Shown one piece after another: positions 8,793-17,390 of a DNA stretch of 19,234 bases (positions are counted from its first letter, which is position 1; the number at the start of each line of letters is the position of its first letter). A model generated the notes under the pieces. It was not told the origin of the DNA. It ran no database searches and worked only from the letters and a program-made list of their open reading frames with translations. The DNA comes from Planctomycetota bacterium. GTDB taxonomy: Bacteria; Planctomycetota; SZUA-567; H5-PLA8. The stretch is from contig JBBRPR010000100.1 in NCBI GenBank assembly GCA_038227875.1, forward strand, positions 1 to 19,234. Reading direction: 5' to 3'. Position numbers and translations under genes: made by a program.

Positions 8793-11070
8793 TCATAACC
8801 CGCTTCGTCCCGCAATCTGACCGCTTGATCCATTCGACGCCAGCTTGAAAGTCACCGGCGCCAGCGCTTCGTAGCTGACTCCAGCGAAGACCAGCGCGAC
8901 TTGAATGCTGCGGTTTGCGCCTGATTTTCCCGCCGCGTCTATCGCGCCGGCAACAATGCCTTCGGTGTCGAATCCGGCCGCAGTGAGCGCCGCGCCGGAG
9001 ACCGTCACGTTTACACTCGCCTTCTGCCCGGCGGTAGTCTTCGTACCGCTCGCGAGTTTCGGATACTTGATCTGCAGCTTAGTGATGCGCGTGTTAAGCC
9101 CTGGAGTTTTTCCCTTCCCTTTTTGCGTCGACCGAAACCGTGTCCACGATATTACCGATCGCAAAACTCAAGCTTTGCATTTTCGACAGATCCAGTCCAG
9201 CGGGAAGTTCCAGCGTGCCACCGAACGTCACGGAATCGGCCGACGTTTTTCCGCTGAACACAAACTTGCCTTTCAACTGGCTGGGTGCAATCGCCCGACT
9301 GGCGGGGAGCGATGAAAACGCGACGGTTTCGCCGGTCTCCTGCGCGCTGAGCGCCAGCGTTTTTCGCGCCTTGCCGGCAACCGTGCTGGTGCCCGTAGGC
9401 CTGGCGGTGCTGGTCGCGACGTAGATGCCGCTTTGGATGAATTTATGGACCGCGATTGCGCCCACTGTCGCCGACCGTCCCGGATCGTACTCGCAAAATC
9501 CGTGCTGATATCGAAGGCCGCGCGGAGCGCCGAGATATCGATGCCCAACTGAATCACGCCGCCATTGCTGCCGGTGACTTGCGTGGAAATTCCTGTGAGC
9601 GGGTTGGGAATCGCGGCCTTGCCATCGGAACCGTTCAGCACGCCCGCGGCTCCGGAGTTCGGTGCCAGCACAGAGATGTCGACCGGCGACGGCACGTTGG
9701 TCGTACCGTCGCCGACGGAGAGCTTCACGGTGAAAGGCGTATCTGCGAAAACATTGTAGACATGCGAGACGGGGCTGACCGTGCCCGTGATGGCCGACCC
9801 ATTCAAGGCCAGTCCGGTGGGCAGCCCGGTCGCCGCGAACGTCGGCGGCGGATTGCCTGCAGTACCGCTGGCCGCAAACGAACTGGTGAGCATCGGCGGC
9901 GCGGGAGGAGTAATGGGCAGCGACAGCACGGCTGTCGTGCCGCCGCCGGGCGCGGGATTGGTTACCGTGATGCTCGCCGTACCGCTCGACGCAATGTCGG
10001 TCGCAGAAATCGCCGCGCCCAGCAGTGTGGAAGATATGAACACCACCGATGCGGGGGCTCAACGTTGTGGACGCTGGCACGGGATTGGGCGCGATCGTGT
10101 TGATCAGCGTCACTCCGGTGCCGCTGTAGGACGGCGTCAGGTTCGACGTGCCTGGCGAATAGGACGGAAACGTGCTGGTGACGCTGGCGCTGGTGATCAC
10201 CGCGAACGTGTCGGCGGGTTCCGGCGATAGCCGCTGAGCGTCACGTTGAGCGCGCCGTTGAGTGTGGCAGAGCGGACACCACCAATTGATCGAACTGCCC
10301 AACCGCGGTGTCCGAGATAGTCGTCGCAAATGACCCGGCGGCGCCTTGGGAAAACTTGGTGGTGAGAGCAAGTTTGCCGCGCGCGAGAAACGAAATTGCG
10401 CCGCCGTTATTGCTGAGCGACCCGGTGAGCGTGCAGTTCTGCGAAAGTTTCAGATTTCCGCCGTTGATCGTGGTATTTGCGGTCAGGCGCCCAGTGTGAT
10501 CTGAGTCGTTCCAGCGCTCTGCGTGTACCCGGCGCTGCAGGCCAGTGTGGTCAGACCGGCGGTGACCGTCACGGTGCCGGTGTTGATCAGGCTGGGAATC
10601 GTGAGATTGCCCGGGCCGCTGTTGATGTTGAAAACGCCGGCCACGTTAACCGTCGGCGCGATGCTCTCCGAACCGATCGTGGTAAAGCCAAGCGTCCCCA
10701 TAGCTGCGACCGCGATGGTTCCCGATCCGGCGATGTTGCCTGTGGTGGCGTTCGAGCTCCCCTGAAGCGCCAGCGTCGCGGGCGAATTGACTACCATTTG
10801 AATGTTGGTTGTGTAGCTGAAGCCGCTGGCGCAGGTCAGATCGGAATTGACCTGAAGACCCGCGCTCGAGGCCGTAATCGACGCGACGGTTGCAGGCACG
10901 CTTAAGACATCCGTGCCGCCACCCGTCAGCGAAAACGCGCAACTGCTGTTGATACTTCCAGTCCCGGTAATCTGTGAACCGTTCCCGCAGCGGTGGCCGT
11001 AATCGTTTTGTTGTTGAGCCCCTGGTGCAAGCCCAGCGTCCCTGTGTTTACCGTGACCGTCGCGCCCGCG
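8793..11070 (-). pseudogene. 5'-truncated, multiply frameshifted gene for a large secreted protein (beta-helix/passenger-like repeats, IPT/TIG, Ig/PKD-like, conserved-looking C-terminal domain)
   Basis: T/S/G/A-rich protein text jumps between frames at about 10990, 10485, 10270, 10225, 10055, 9490 and 9120. Motifs include YTQSAGTT, GQFDQLVV..ATLNGALNV, GTASITVTNPAPGGG and FAATGLPTGLALNGSAITGT. No start codon or signal peptide; the C-terminal stop at 8793 is intact. Confidence 0.85.
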
Positions 11071-11108
11071 ATTTAGTCATTCAAGAGTGAGTGAAGTCAA
11101 TACTGCAT

Positions 11109-11139
11109 AAAAAAAGCCCTGCGCATTTCGCACAAAGGC
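11109..11139 (-). terminator. Intrinsic terminator downstream of the terminase gene
   Basis: Minus strand GCCTTTGTGC-GAAAT-GCGCAGGGC hairpin (two G-U pairs, one bulge) followed by T7. Confidence 0.65.
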
Positions 11140-11367
11140 GTGTCGGAAACGAAGTCGGATAATACGTTAACTATTAGGGCATGTCTGCGGCGTCGGTCGG
11201 TCGGCAATCGCCTCACGCGTGGCATCCGGCCTCCACTGCAGCCGTTTGAGCGTTATGCCGCTGAACCTTTCGGCACTGCCATTGCAATGAACGGAATCGG
11301 CACGAGTGTGCGGCTTTAGTGCACCGAATGGATGTTCAACAAGAGGTTGGAGCACATCGACACGCCT

Positions 11368-12891
11368 TTATAGAAACGGTCGCCTGTGCGCCAGAAAATT
11401 TGCAGCGCTGAGGGCGTAGATCAAGGAATGCAGCGCATCATCCGGGCGCCCCGGCGATTTGACGTAGCGGATCACCCGGCGTTCTTCGTCAGGGACGCAG
11501 CGCTCGGATGCCACTTCCAACAGATATGTTTCCATTTCGCTCTGACGGGGAAACGTAATCCGGCGCGACTTGACCCGAAATACGAGGTCGGAAATGGCCT
11601 TGGTCTTGTTCATGCTGAGAAGATGCCGATAATCAGTCTCGACTTTCGTGGAGAAATCCATTTCCTCGGTGTAGGACATGCCGAAATTCGGGATGTTCAT
11701 CTGCAGACGGTCAAAGAGCATCGGCCGGAATACCGATCCGTTTCCCTGCGAATCGACGGCAATTGCCGAGACATTCATACCCCTGCAAATATCCGCAACA
11801 AAGGCGAGCACCTCGTCGGGACTTTTACCGGGCATCAGTCTAAACCAGTTCAACACATGAAAAACGCGCTGCGTGTCCAACGTGCCTAGGCAAACTGATG
11901 TCGTCGCGTGACCGGTGTTCCCCCAATCGATTCCCGCGATGATGCTGAAATTGAGATCGGGAGTCAGCGCGGCGCGGGTCTCGATCGGCGGCCGCGCGGT
12001 GCAGCAGGCAGTCAAGTCTGAGAGGGTCAGCGACAGATCGCCTTCCGTGATGCTCTCCCCCAGAACCTCGTTTTTGAACTGAGCGAACTGGTACGTCTGT
12101 TTCTTTTCGAGGACCGTTGAAAAATTCATCCATGGCACAATCAACTGTGGGATGCGAAAACTCTCCGCGAATGTTGATCCAGGATTTAATTCCTTCCAGA
12201 TTCCCAGCGCGGGATTGAGCGGCTGCTGGCAGCCGGGGCAACGATAGCCATCCGCTCCAAGGATCTGTTCGTTGGCCTGGCTGTCCTGCCCACAACCCTG
12301 GCACGAAATCATCCAGACATTGGCCGTGCCCCGTACGTACGCCCGTTCGAGCTCATTGTCGGAAAGTTTGGCCGTGCCGCTGATCACCGTGTGCGGATCG
12401 GTCTGATGCGACTGAGTCTCTTCGAGCACGGCCAGGCTGTTGGTCGCGCAATCTTGAAATTCATCGATGGCCAGGATCCGGGCACTGACGCCGCGGGCTG
12501 CATCCGGGTTATGGTAGGCCGAATCCAGAATTAATTCGCTCCCATTGGAAAAGACGATGTGCTTCATCGCCGTGCGCGTACTGGCAACCAGGCATCTTTT
12601 GAGGATCGGGCTTTCTTCGATGATCGGATGCAATCGGGAAGCCACCAGGCGGTGGATCTGTTCCTGGCGCGGCAGGATCAGCAGCGCGGTGGTGGGCGCC
12701 CGCACCACGAGATTGAATGTGATCAGCTTGATCAGCGTCGTCGACTTTTCGCACTGGCGCGCGGTGCACAAAACCGTGCGCCGCGCGCTTTCCAGGGCGT
12801 TATAAATTTTCGACAGGTAGGGGCGCCCGACATTGTCGAGTCGTTTGTTCTGGTGGATGTAAAACCGACCCGCGAAGTCGTAGAGGCGCAT
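11368..12891 (-). CDS. terL: Phage terminase large subunit (GpA-like), 507 aa
   Basis: Adenine-binding-like RPYL, Walker A variant ARQCEKSTT, Walker B ILAIDEFQD and coupling motif ISGTAK. Zn-ribbon CQGC...CPGC, FKNEVLG, RNase H-like nuclease IIAGIDWG, IAVD and C-terminal PDDALHSLIYA. Confidence 0.88.
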   Translation of the reverse strand: MRLYDFAGRFYIHQNKRLDNVGRPYLSKIYNALESARRTVLCTARQCEKSTTLIKLITFNLVVRAPTTALLILPRQEQIHRLVASRLHPIIEESPILKRCLVASTRTAMKHIVFSNGSELILDSAYHNPDAARGVSARILAIDEFQDCATNSLAVLEETQSHQTDPHTVISGTAKLSDNELERAYVRGTANVWMISCQGCGQDSQANEQILGADGYRCPGCQQPLNPALGIWKELNPGSTFAESFRIPQLIVPWMNFSTVLEKKQTYQFAQFKNEVLGESITEGDLSLTLSDLTACCTARPPIETRAALTPDLNFSIIAGIDWGNTGHATTSVCLGTLDTQRVFHVLNWFRLMPGKSPDEVLAFVADICRGMNVSAIAVDSQGNGSVFRPMLFDRLQMNIPNFGMSYTEEMDFSTKVETDYRHLLSMNKTKAISDLVFRVKSRRITFPRQSEMETYLLEVASERCVPDEERRVIRYVKSPGRPDDALHSLIYALSAANFLAHRRPFL

Positions 12892-12901
12892 GACTGGGCC
12901 G

Positions 12902-13267
12902 TTACCGGGTGTCGCCGAGGAGATTCTGCAACTGTTCGCGCGGGATCAGCGCGCTCATCTCTTCGAGCAACTCCGGATCCGCCAGCAAGCGCACCTTCAG
13001 CCGATCGGAGATGGGAATGGTCGCCGACTCGCCTTCTTTCGGCAGCAGATCAGCGAGCGTTTTCAGCGCGCCTTGGTAGACCTTAAGCTCCGCCGGCGAG
13101 ATGGTGCCGTTGAGCCCCATCCCAATGAGCTGCTCTATGGCCCGAGAAACGTCGTTGCGACTTTTGTATTTCCGTGGGGGCTGGACGCCGGGAGCAGGTC
13201 CCTGCGGAGGCGCAGGTCGAGGCGTAGGCGGCGTTTCAGGGACGCTTTCAGTGTGGGGTTCGGTCAT
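12902..13267 (-). CDS. Small helical protein with Pro-rich N-terminus; candidate terminase small subunit
   Basis: AGGAG RBS 6 nt before the ATG. Stops 10 nt before the terL ATG. Size and position suit TerS; the function is inferred from position only. Confidence 0.6.
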   Translation of the reverse strand: MTEPHTESVPETPPTPRPAPPQGPAPGVQPPRKYKSRNDVSRAIEQLIGMGLNGTISPAELKVYQGALKTLADLLPKEGESATIPISDRLKVRLLADPELLEEMSALIPREQLQNLLGDTR

Positions 13268-13301
13268 GATTGACTCCTAAACGGTTGACGTGGGCGGTGC
13301 A

Positions 13302-14057
13302 TCACAGGCTCAAGCGCGCGCCCATAAGCGCTTCAGCAACTTCAGGGATCGAATGCAGCGGGCCGGAAAGATTGAGCGTGCGGATCATGCGCAATACGCG
13401 GCGGACCGTCGCCTGCCGATCAACCTCCATCACGCGCGCGAGCGTGGCGACGCTCACGTCCGAACAGTGCGAAAAAACCAGGACAGCCGCGAACCAGGCC
13501 CAGAGCGGCACATGGCTATTCTCCAGAATGGTTCCGATGAACATCGATTGCTGCCGACCGCAATTGCGGCAGCGCCAGGCGTTCCGATTGGGTAACAGCA
13601 GCCGCTGACCCGAGCAGGCGCAGCAGGGGACGTCCTTCTGGAACGTGGCAAGAGCGACAATCAATTCAGTTGCATCGACGGCCTGTAAAACCCTGAGGGC
13701 CGCGAGGGTCGCGTGGGGAAGCTCGGACGTAAATTGCAGCTTCTGATTGCGAGTAGGGGCTGGTGAACCCGATTTGTAGAGTCGCATCAGCCGTTCTACA
13801 TGCGTGAGCAGGCGCAGGGCATCCTCGCGCGACTTCCTCCCGGTAAACGAATCGGGTGATGCGGCGCAAATATCCAGCGACCTCTGCGCTTGGGTCAGAA
13901 GGTTACTGAGCAGCTGTTGAACCTGGTGTTCCGCGTCCCGTTCCATGCTTGCAGTTAACCGGAATCGGCAAGAATGCGCCATCCGTCGGCAGAGGGAATG
14001 CAAGCAATCGTGCAAGAATTGTTTTTTAAGTGCTGGATTGCCCGTTTCACCCTGCAC
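13302..14057 (-). CDS. Protein with C-terminal IS1595-transposase-like Zn-ribbon + HTH and no DDE domain
   Basis: CCAC...WRCRNCGRQQSMFIGTILENSHVPLWAWFAAV...VSVATLARVMEV...TVRRVLRMIR follows the IS1595 N-terminal pattern (CxxC..CxxC..SxxxGTIFExSxxPLxxW..S..LAR..T..R.L..IR). The ORF ends about 22 aa later. Start uncertain (GTG 14057, ATG 13982 or ATG 13946). Confidence 0.7.
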   Translation of the reverse strand: MQGETGNPALKKQFLHDCLHSLCRRMAHSCRFRLTASMERDAEHQVQQLLSNLLTQAQRSLDICAASPDSFTGRKSREDALRLLTHVERLMRLYKSGSPAPTRNQKLQFTSELPHATLAALRVLQAVDATELIVALATFQKDVPCCACSGQRLLLPNRNAWRCRNCGRQQSMFIGTILENSHVPLWAWFAAVLVFSHCSDVSVATLARVMEVDRQATVRRVLRMIRTLNLSGPLHSIPEVAEALMGARLSL

Positions 14058-14114
14058 CGATAAGATGAACAGTGTTGGGCTCTATAAGGACGCCAAAATA
14101 AGGAGTACAGAACG

Positions 14115-14785
14115 ATGAACAAGACCGCCGGTCGCGACGGACCAGACGAAATTCGTCGTGCGAAGTTGATTGTCAACGAGGCCCGGGAGTCGGAGGGTGT
14201 CGTCTTGCCAGAGCCGACTACCCCCGGCGAAGCGGCACTGATCGGGAAAGAATACGAGTTTGGGGCCCGCGGTCTGGCCCTCAATCATCAGGCCTTCCCG
14301 TGGGCTATCCTCGGGGAGGTTCCAGCAGCTGCAATGCGGGGCCCTATTCCGTGGTGGCGGACGGCCATCAGTACGACGTACGGTTCCATTTTAATGTCTT
14401 CCCGGCCAAGACTGGCTGGCCTAGATTTCCGCCGGTTGAAATATTCATGGACTCTGGCGAGGTGCGCTATTTTGGACGCCCTCTCGATCTCAAAAAGCAT
14501 CAGCGCGAGACGTATCTGAAGTTGATCGAGCAAGGCCAACAGAAGCGCCGCACGGTGACGACTCTAAGTATTCTGAAGACGTTGGACGGGATCGACGCAC
14601 ATCAGTTGGAGCAATACCTGTGTCGCGTGCGGAAAGCATTTAAAGATGTGGCAATTCGCCTGCCGGAGGTCTCAGACCGGAAACCTGCGGAAGATTTGGC
14701 GGATATTATCGTCCCGTTTCGGAAGTCGGGTGGATACGCATTCGAACGCCCCGAGCTCTTCCTTGTCCATAACACTCGCGAATGA
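14115..14785 (+). pseudogene. Winged-helix (OmpR/PhoB effector-like) regulator split over two frames
   Basis: Strong TAAGGAG RBS before ATG 14115. The -1 frame is open from 14102 to 14785 and encodes GEVRYFGRPLDL...LEQYLCRVRKAF...IIVPFRKSGGYAF, which resembles Trans_reg_C. Probable junction near 14340. Could be a mutation, an assembly error or recoding. Confidence 0.55.
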
Positions 14786-14957
14786 ACTGGCCAAATTTCC
14801 TGCGCCAGATCCGGTGGGTGGAATGAGCCTAAAAACCGTTAGAATTTAGATCGAACTCCACTGTGCGAAACTGATATCGATCCGTGTGGAACTCCTCGCC
14901 CATTATACAAGGGGTGAGGGCAAATAACGGGGAATGGGTACCTAATAAAATTGAAGC
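14742..14957. repeat. Diverged direct repeat, copy 1 (3' end of the wHTH gene plus downstream DNA)
   Basis: Aligns by eye with 16711..16932. Exact 27-bp block AAAACCGTTAGAATTTAGATCGAACTC at 14832-14858. Confidence 0.92.
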
Positions 14958-15086
14958 ATAACCGTGTTGAACCGCCAAGCGGAGGAGAAGAACGGCGTTG
15001 CTCCTCGCTACGGCCAGGCTCAGATCAGTGACCTTAATTCCCAGCGTGTTTAGGGAACGATAGACGCGGATTGCAAGTACTTCTCA

Positions 15087-15111
15087 AAGCGCCACCTTCG
15101 AGCTGGCGCTT
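15087..15111 (-). terminator. Hairpin after the IPT/PKD gene, possible terminator
   Basis: AAGCGCCA-N9-TGGCGCTT perfect 8-bp stem, 35 nt past the stop at 15147. The T-tract is short. Confidence 0.4.
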
Positions 15112-15146
15112 ACGACTGCCTTCATTTGGTGCAGCGAGTCGGCGAC

Positions 15147-16739
15147 TCACTTTCCAACCACGTTGGCTCCGGTTGTGGTCACGTTCAGATTCAGGATTCC
15201 GGCGTAGTCGGCGCCGCCGAAGGTGATCGTGACCGGTATCGTGGCTTTGCCGCTGCCGCCTGCGGGAACACCAGCGGCGGTAAGGACGCTGCTCAGGTTG
15301 GCGCTGATCTTTGCGGTGAACGGCGCGACGGACGTGCGCTTGCCGAACTTGAACGAGCTCGGCACCGCGGTGCCAGAGCCCTTGGCGTTGAGCGCGAACG
15401 TCTTGCTGACGCTGCCGATTGAGATGGTCAGCGGCCCGGAGAGGCTGGTGACGGTCGTTGGCAAGGCGATCGATCCGCCCAGCGTCAGGACGTCCTTGCC
15501 CAGCGACGGGTTCTTGCCCTTTAGCGCGGCCTTGGTGAGCGTAATCGTGCCGGGCGGAGTGGCGGCGGCGGTGACGGTCACCGTCGTGTTGCTCTTGATC
15601 GTGTTGCCCTGTGTGTCGAACATCGTCGCCGTCACGGCGTAGACCTGCGGCGCAGTATAGGTATGCGTCGCGCTGGCTCCACCGGCGGCCGGGGAACCGT
15701 CGCCGAAATCTCAACTGACCGTCAACGCCACGCCATTGGGGTCTACCCCGGACACGGTGGTGGTGACCACTTGGCCGACCTTCGCCGGGTTGGGGGTTGC
15801 GGTCGCCGGACTGACGACGACCAGCTTGCCCTTCACCAGGTACATGACGGCATTGGAGACGCCGCCTCCGGGCGTGGGGTTGGCGACGGAGATGGCGAAG
15901 GAACCGGCCGCGGCCAGGCTCGCCGCGGGGATGGTGGCGGTGAGCTGCGTCGCGCTGACAAACGTGGTCGTCAGGTTGATGCCGGCGAACTGGATCTTCG
16001 AGGCACTGACGAAGTTGACGCCCGAGACGGTGATGGCAGTTGCGGGATCGCCAGCGGTGGCGGTGAGCGGCGAAACATCGGTCAGCACCGGCGCAGGGTT
16101 GTCCACGCTGAAGCTGGACGCCGCCGACGTACCACCACCCGGCGCGGGATTGACGACGGTGATGGACGCAGTGCCGGCAGAGCTGAGGTCGCCGGCGGGA
16201 ATCACCACAATCAGCAGCGTGGAGTTAATGTACGCGGTCGGACGGCTCAGCCCATTGAAGTTGACCGTGGCCGACGGGGCGAAGCCGGTGCCGTTGAGCA
16301 TGATGTTCAGGCCAGGGGTGCCGACGAGTGTCGACGACGGGCTGATGCTGGTGATGACCGGCACGGCGTTCGGGGCGGTCACGTCGAAATTGACGGCCGA
16401 AGAAGTTCCGCCGCCCGGACCCGGGTTGAAGACCGATACCGCGTTGGTCTTGACCACTGCCAGGTCGGCCGCGGTGATTGCGCCGGTGATCTGCGTGGAG
16501 GAGACAAATGTCGTGACGCGGGCCAGGCCATTCCACTGGCAGACCGAACCGGGAACGAAATTCGAGCCAGTGATGGTCAGCGAGAAGGCCGAAGCTCCCA
16601 GCGTCGCAGTATTCTGGCTCAGGTTGCTGATCGACGGCGCCGGGTTGACGATCGTGAACGTCGCGGCCGCAGACAGGCCTCCGGCGGGGAGCGGATTGAA
16701 GACAGTGACCTCGAATGCCCCGCGCTTATCATTGTCCAT
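15147..16739 (-). pseudogene. 5'-truncated IPT/TIG-repeat + PKD surface protein gene with one in-frame nonsense codon
   Basis: Three complete IPT-like units (NP.P.I...SP...G.NF...TFVS.TQ.TA.I.A.DL...NP.PGGG.S). The PKD motif reads VS*DFGDG..THTY, with TGA at 15713-15711 replacing Trp. ORFs 15711..16739 and 15147..15635 are in the same frame. No signal peptide. Confidence 0.85.
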
Positions 16740-16932
16740 GCCCCTCGCTGATGATCTGCCAAAGTTTCTGCGCCAAAACCGGTGGGTGGAACGTGCCTTA
16801 TTAATAAAACCGTTAGAATTTAGATCGAACTCTATTGTGCGGAACTGATTTCGATGCGTGGTGGAATACCTCGCCCAATATACAAGGAGTAAGGGTAAAT
16901 AACAGAGATCGAAATCGAGATAAAATCAAAGC
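16711..16932. repeat. Diverged direct repeat, copy 2
   Basis: Same orientation as 14742..14957. Exact 27-bp block at 16806-16832. Begins with a paralogue of the last codons of the wHTH gene (LECPALIIVHAPR* vs FERPELFLVHNTRE*). Confidence 0.92.
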
Positions 16933-17390
16933 CTTTTTGAGTTACAATTAGACTATAGGTATTCTACTTTATGCGGCTAAAATTATTATAAAATCGTGTT
17001 ACAATCCTTTGAATATGCCAAGTGTATTGCTTAAGAATTAATAGAATGGTCAAGACATCCATCGGGATTGCGCGCACCTCCGCCACCTGAAAAAGCAACA
17101 AAAACGCGTTACAATACTGTGTAGATAAGTGCTATTCGCTACACCGTTATTCTGAAATGAATCCATCGCGTCAGCTCTGTGTGCTTTGAATTCCGCATGA
17201 GCGTGTGGAGTTTCTAGCTCAAGCAGGCCATCGATAAATCGTTATCCGATGCCTTAAAACGCCTCGGTGTCCGGGTGTTTCACGGATTTTTGTCGGAACG
17301 GGAGCTTGAGTAAAGCTCGTTAGCGCCAAAGTCTAACCGTCAAGCGGCAGTCCAGAATTCTCGTATCTAAGCTAAGAAAGGAGGAGAACG
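16933..17390. promoter_or_regulatory. AT-rich intergenic control region
   Basis: Sharp drop in GC, no long ORF, three GTTACAAT copies, several short hairpins, ending in an AAGGAGG RBS. Confidence 0.55.

Noticed and set aside
11140..11367. cos/pac site or small gene (11167..11355) after terL
   Set aside because: Only short palindromes such as ATTGCAAT. The ORF has no RBS or motif, so no specific call is supported.
14244..14250. GGGAAAG, the lambda G-T slippery heptamer, in the split regulator
   Set aside because: Wrong phase: frame 0 already reads GGG AAA, so it cannot shift into the wHTH frame.
13955..14539. Chain of small minus-strand ORFs upstream of the Zn-ribbon gene
   Set aside because: Antisense to the wHTH gene, which has the RBS and the recognisable domain. 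No independent support.
8760..15085. Possible inverted ends GAGAAGTACACTGCGATCCG (8760, +) and GAGAAGTACTTGCAATCCG (about 15085, -)
   Set aside because: Only 9 exact bases plus a gapped extension, which is expected by chance in 19 kb. No target duplication seen.
15711..15713. TGA-as-Trp genetic code reassignment
   Set aside because: Other genes use TGG for Trp and TGA as true stops, including the ATGA couplings at 1685-1688 and 4252-4255. One nonsense change is simpler.
15223..16848. Long plus-strand ORFs (362, 370 and 139 aa) and similar ones at 9140-10905
   Set aside because: Antisense shadows of GC-rich, T/A/G/V-biased surface-protein coding sequence, with no motifs.
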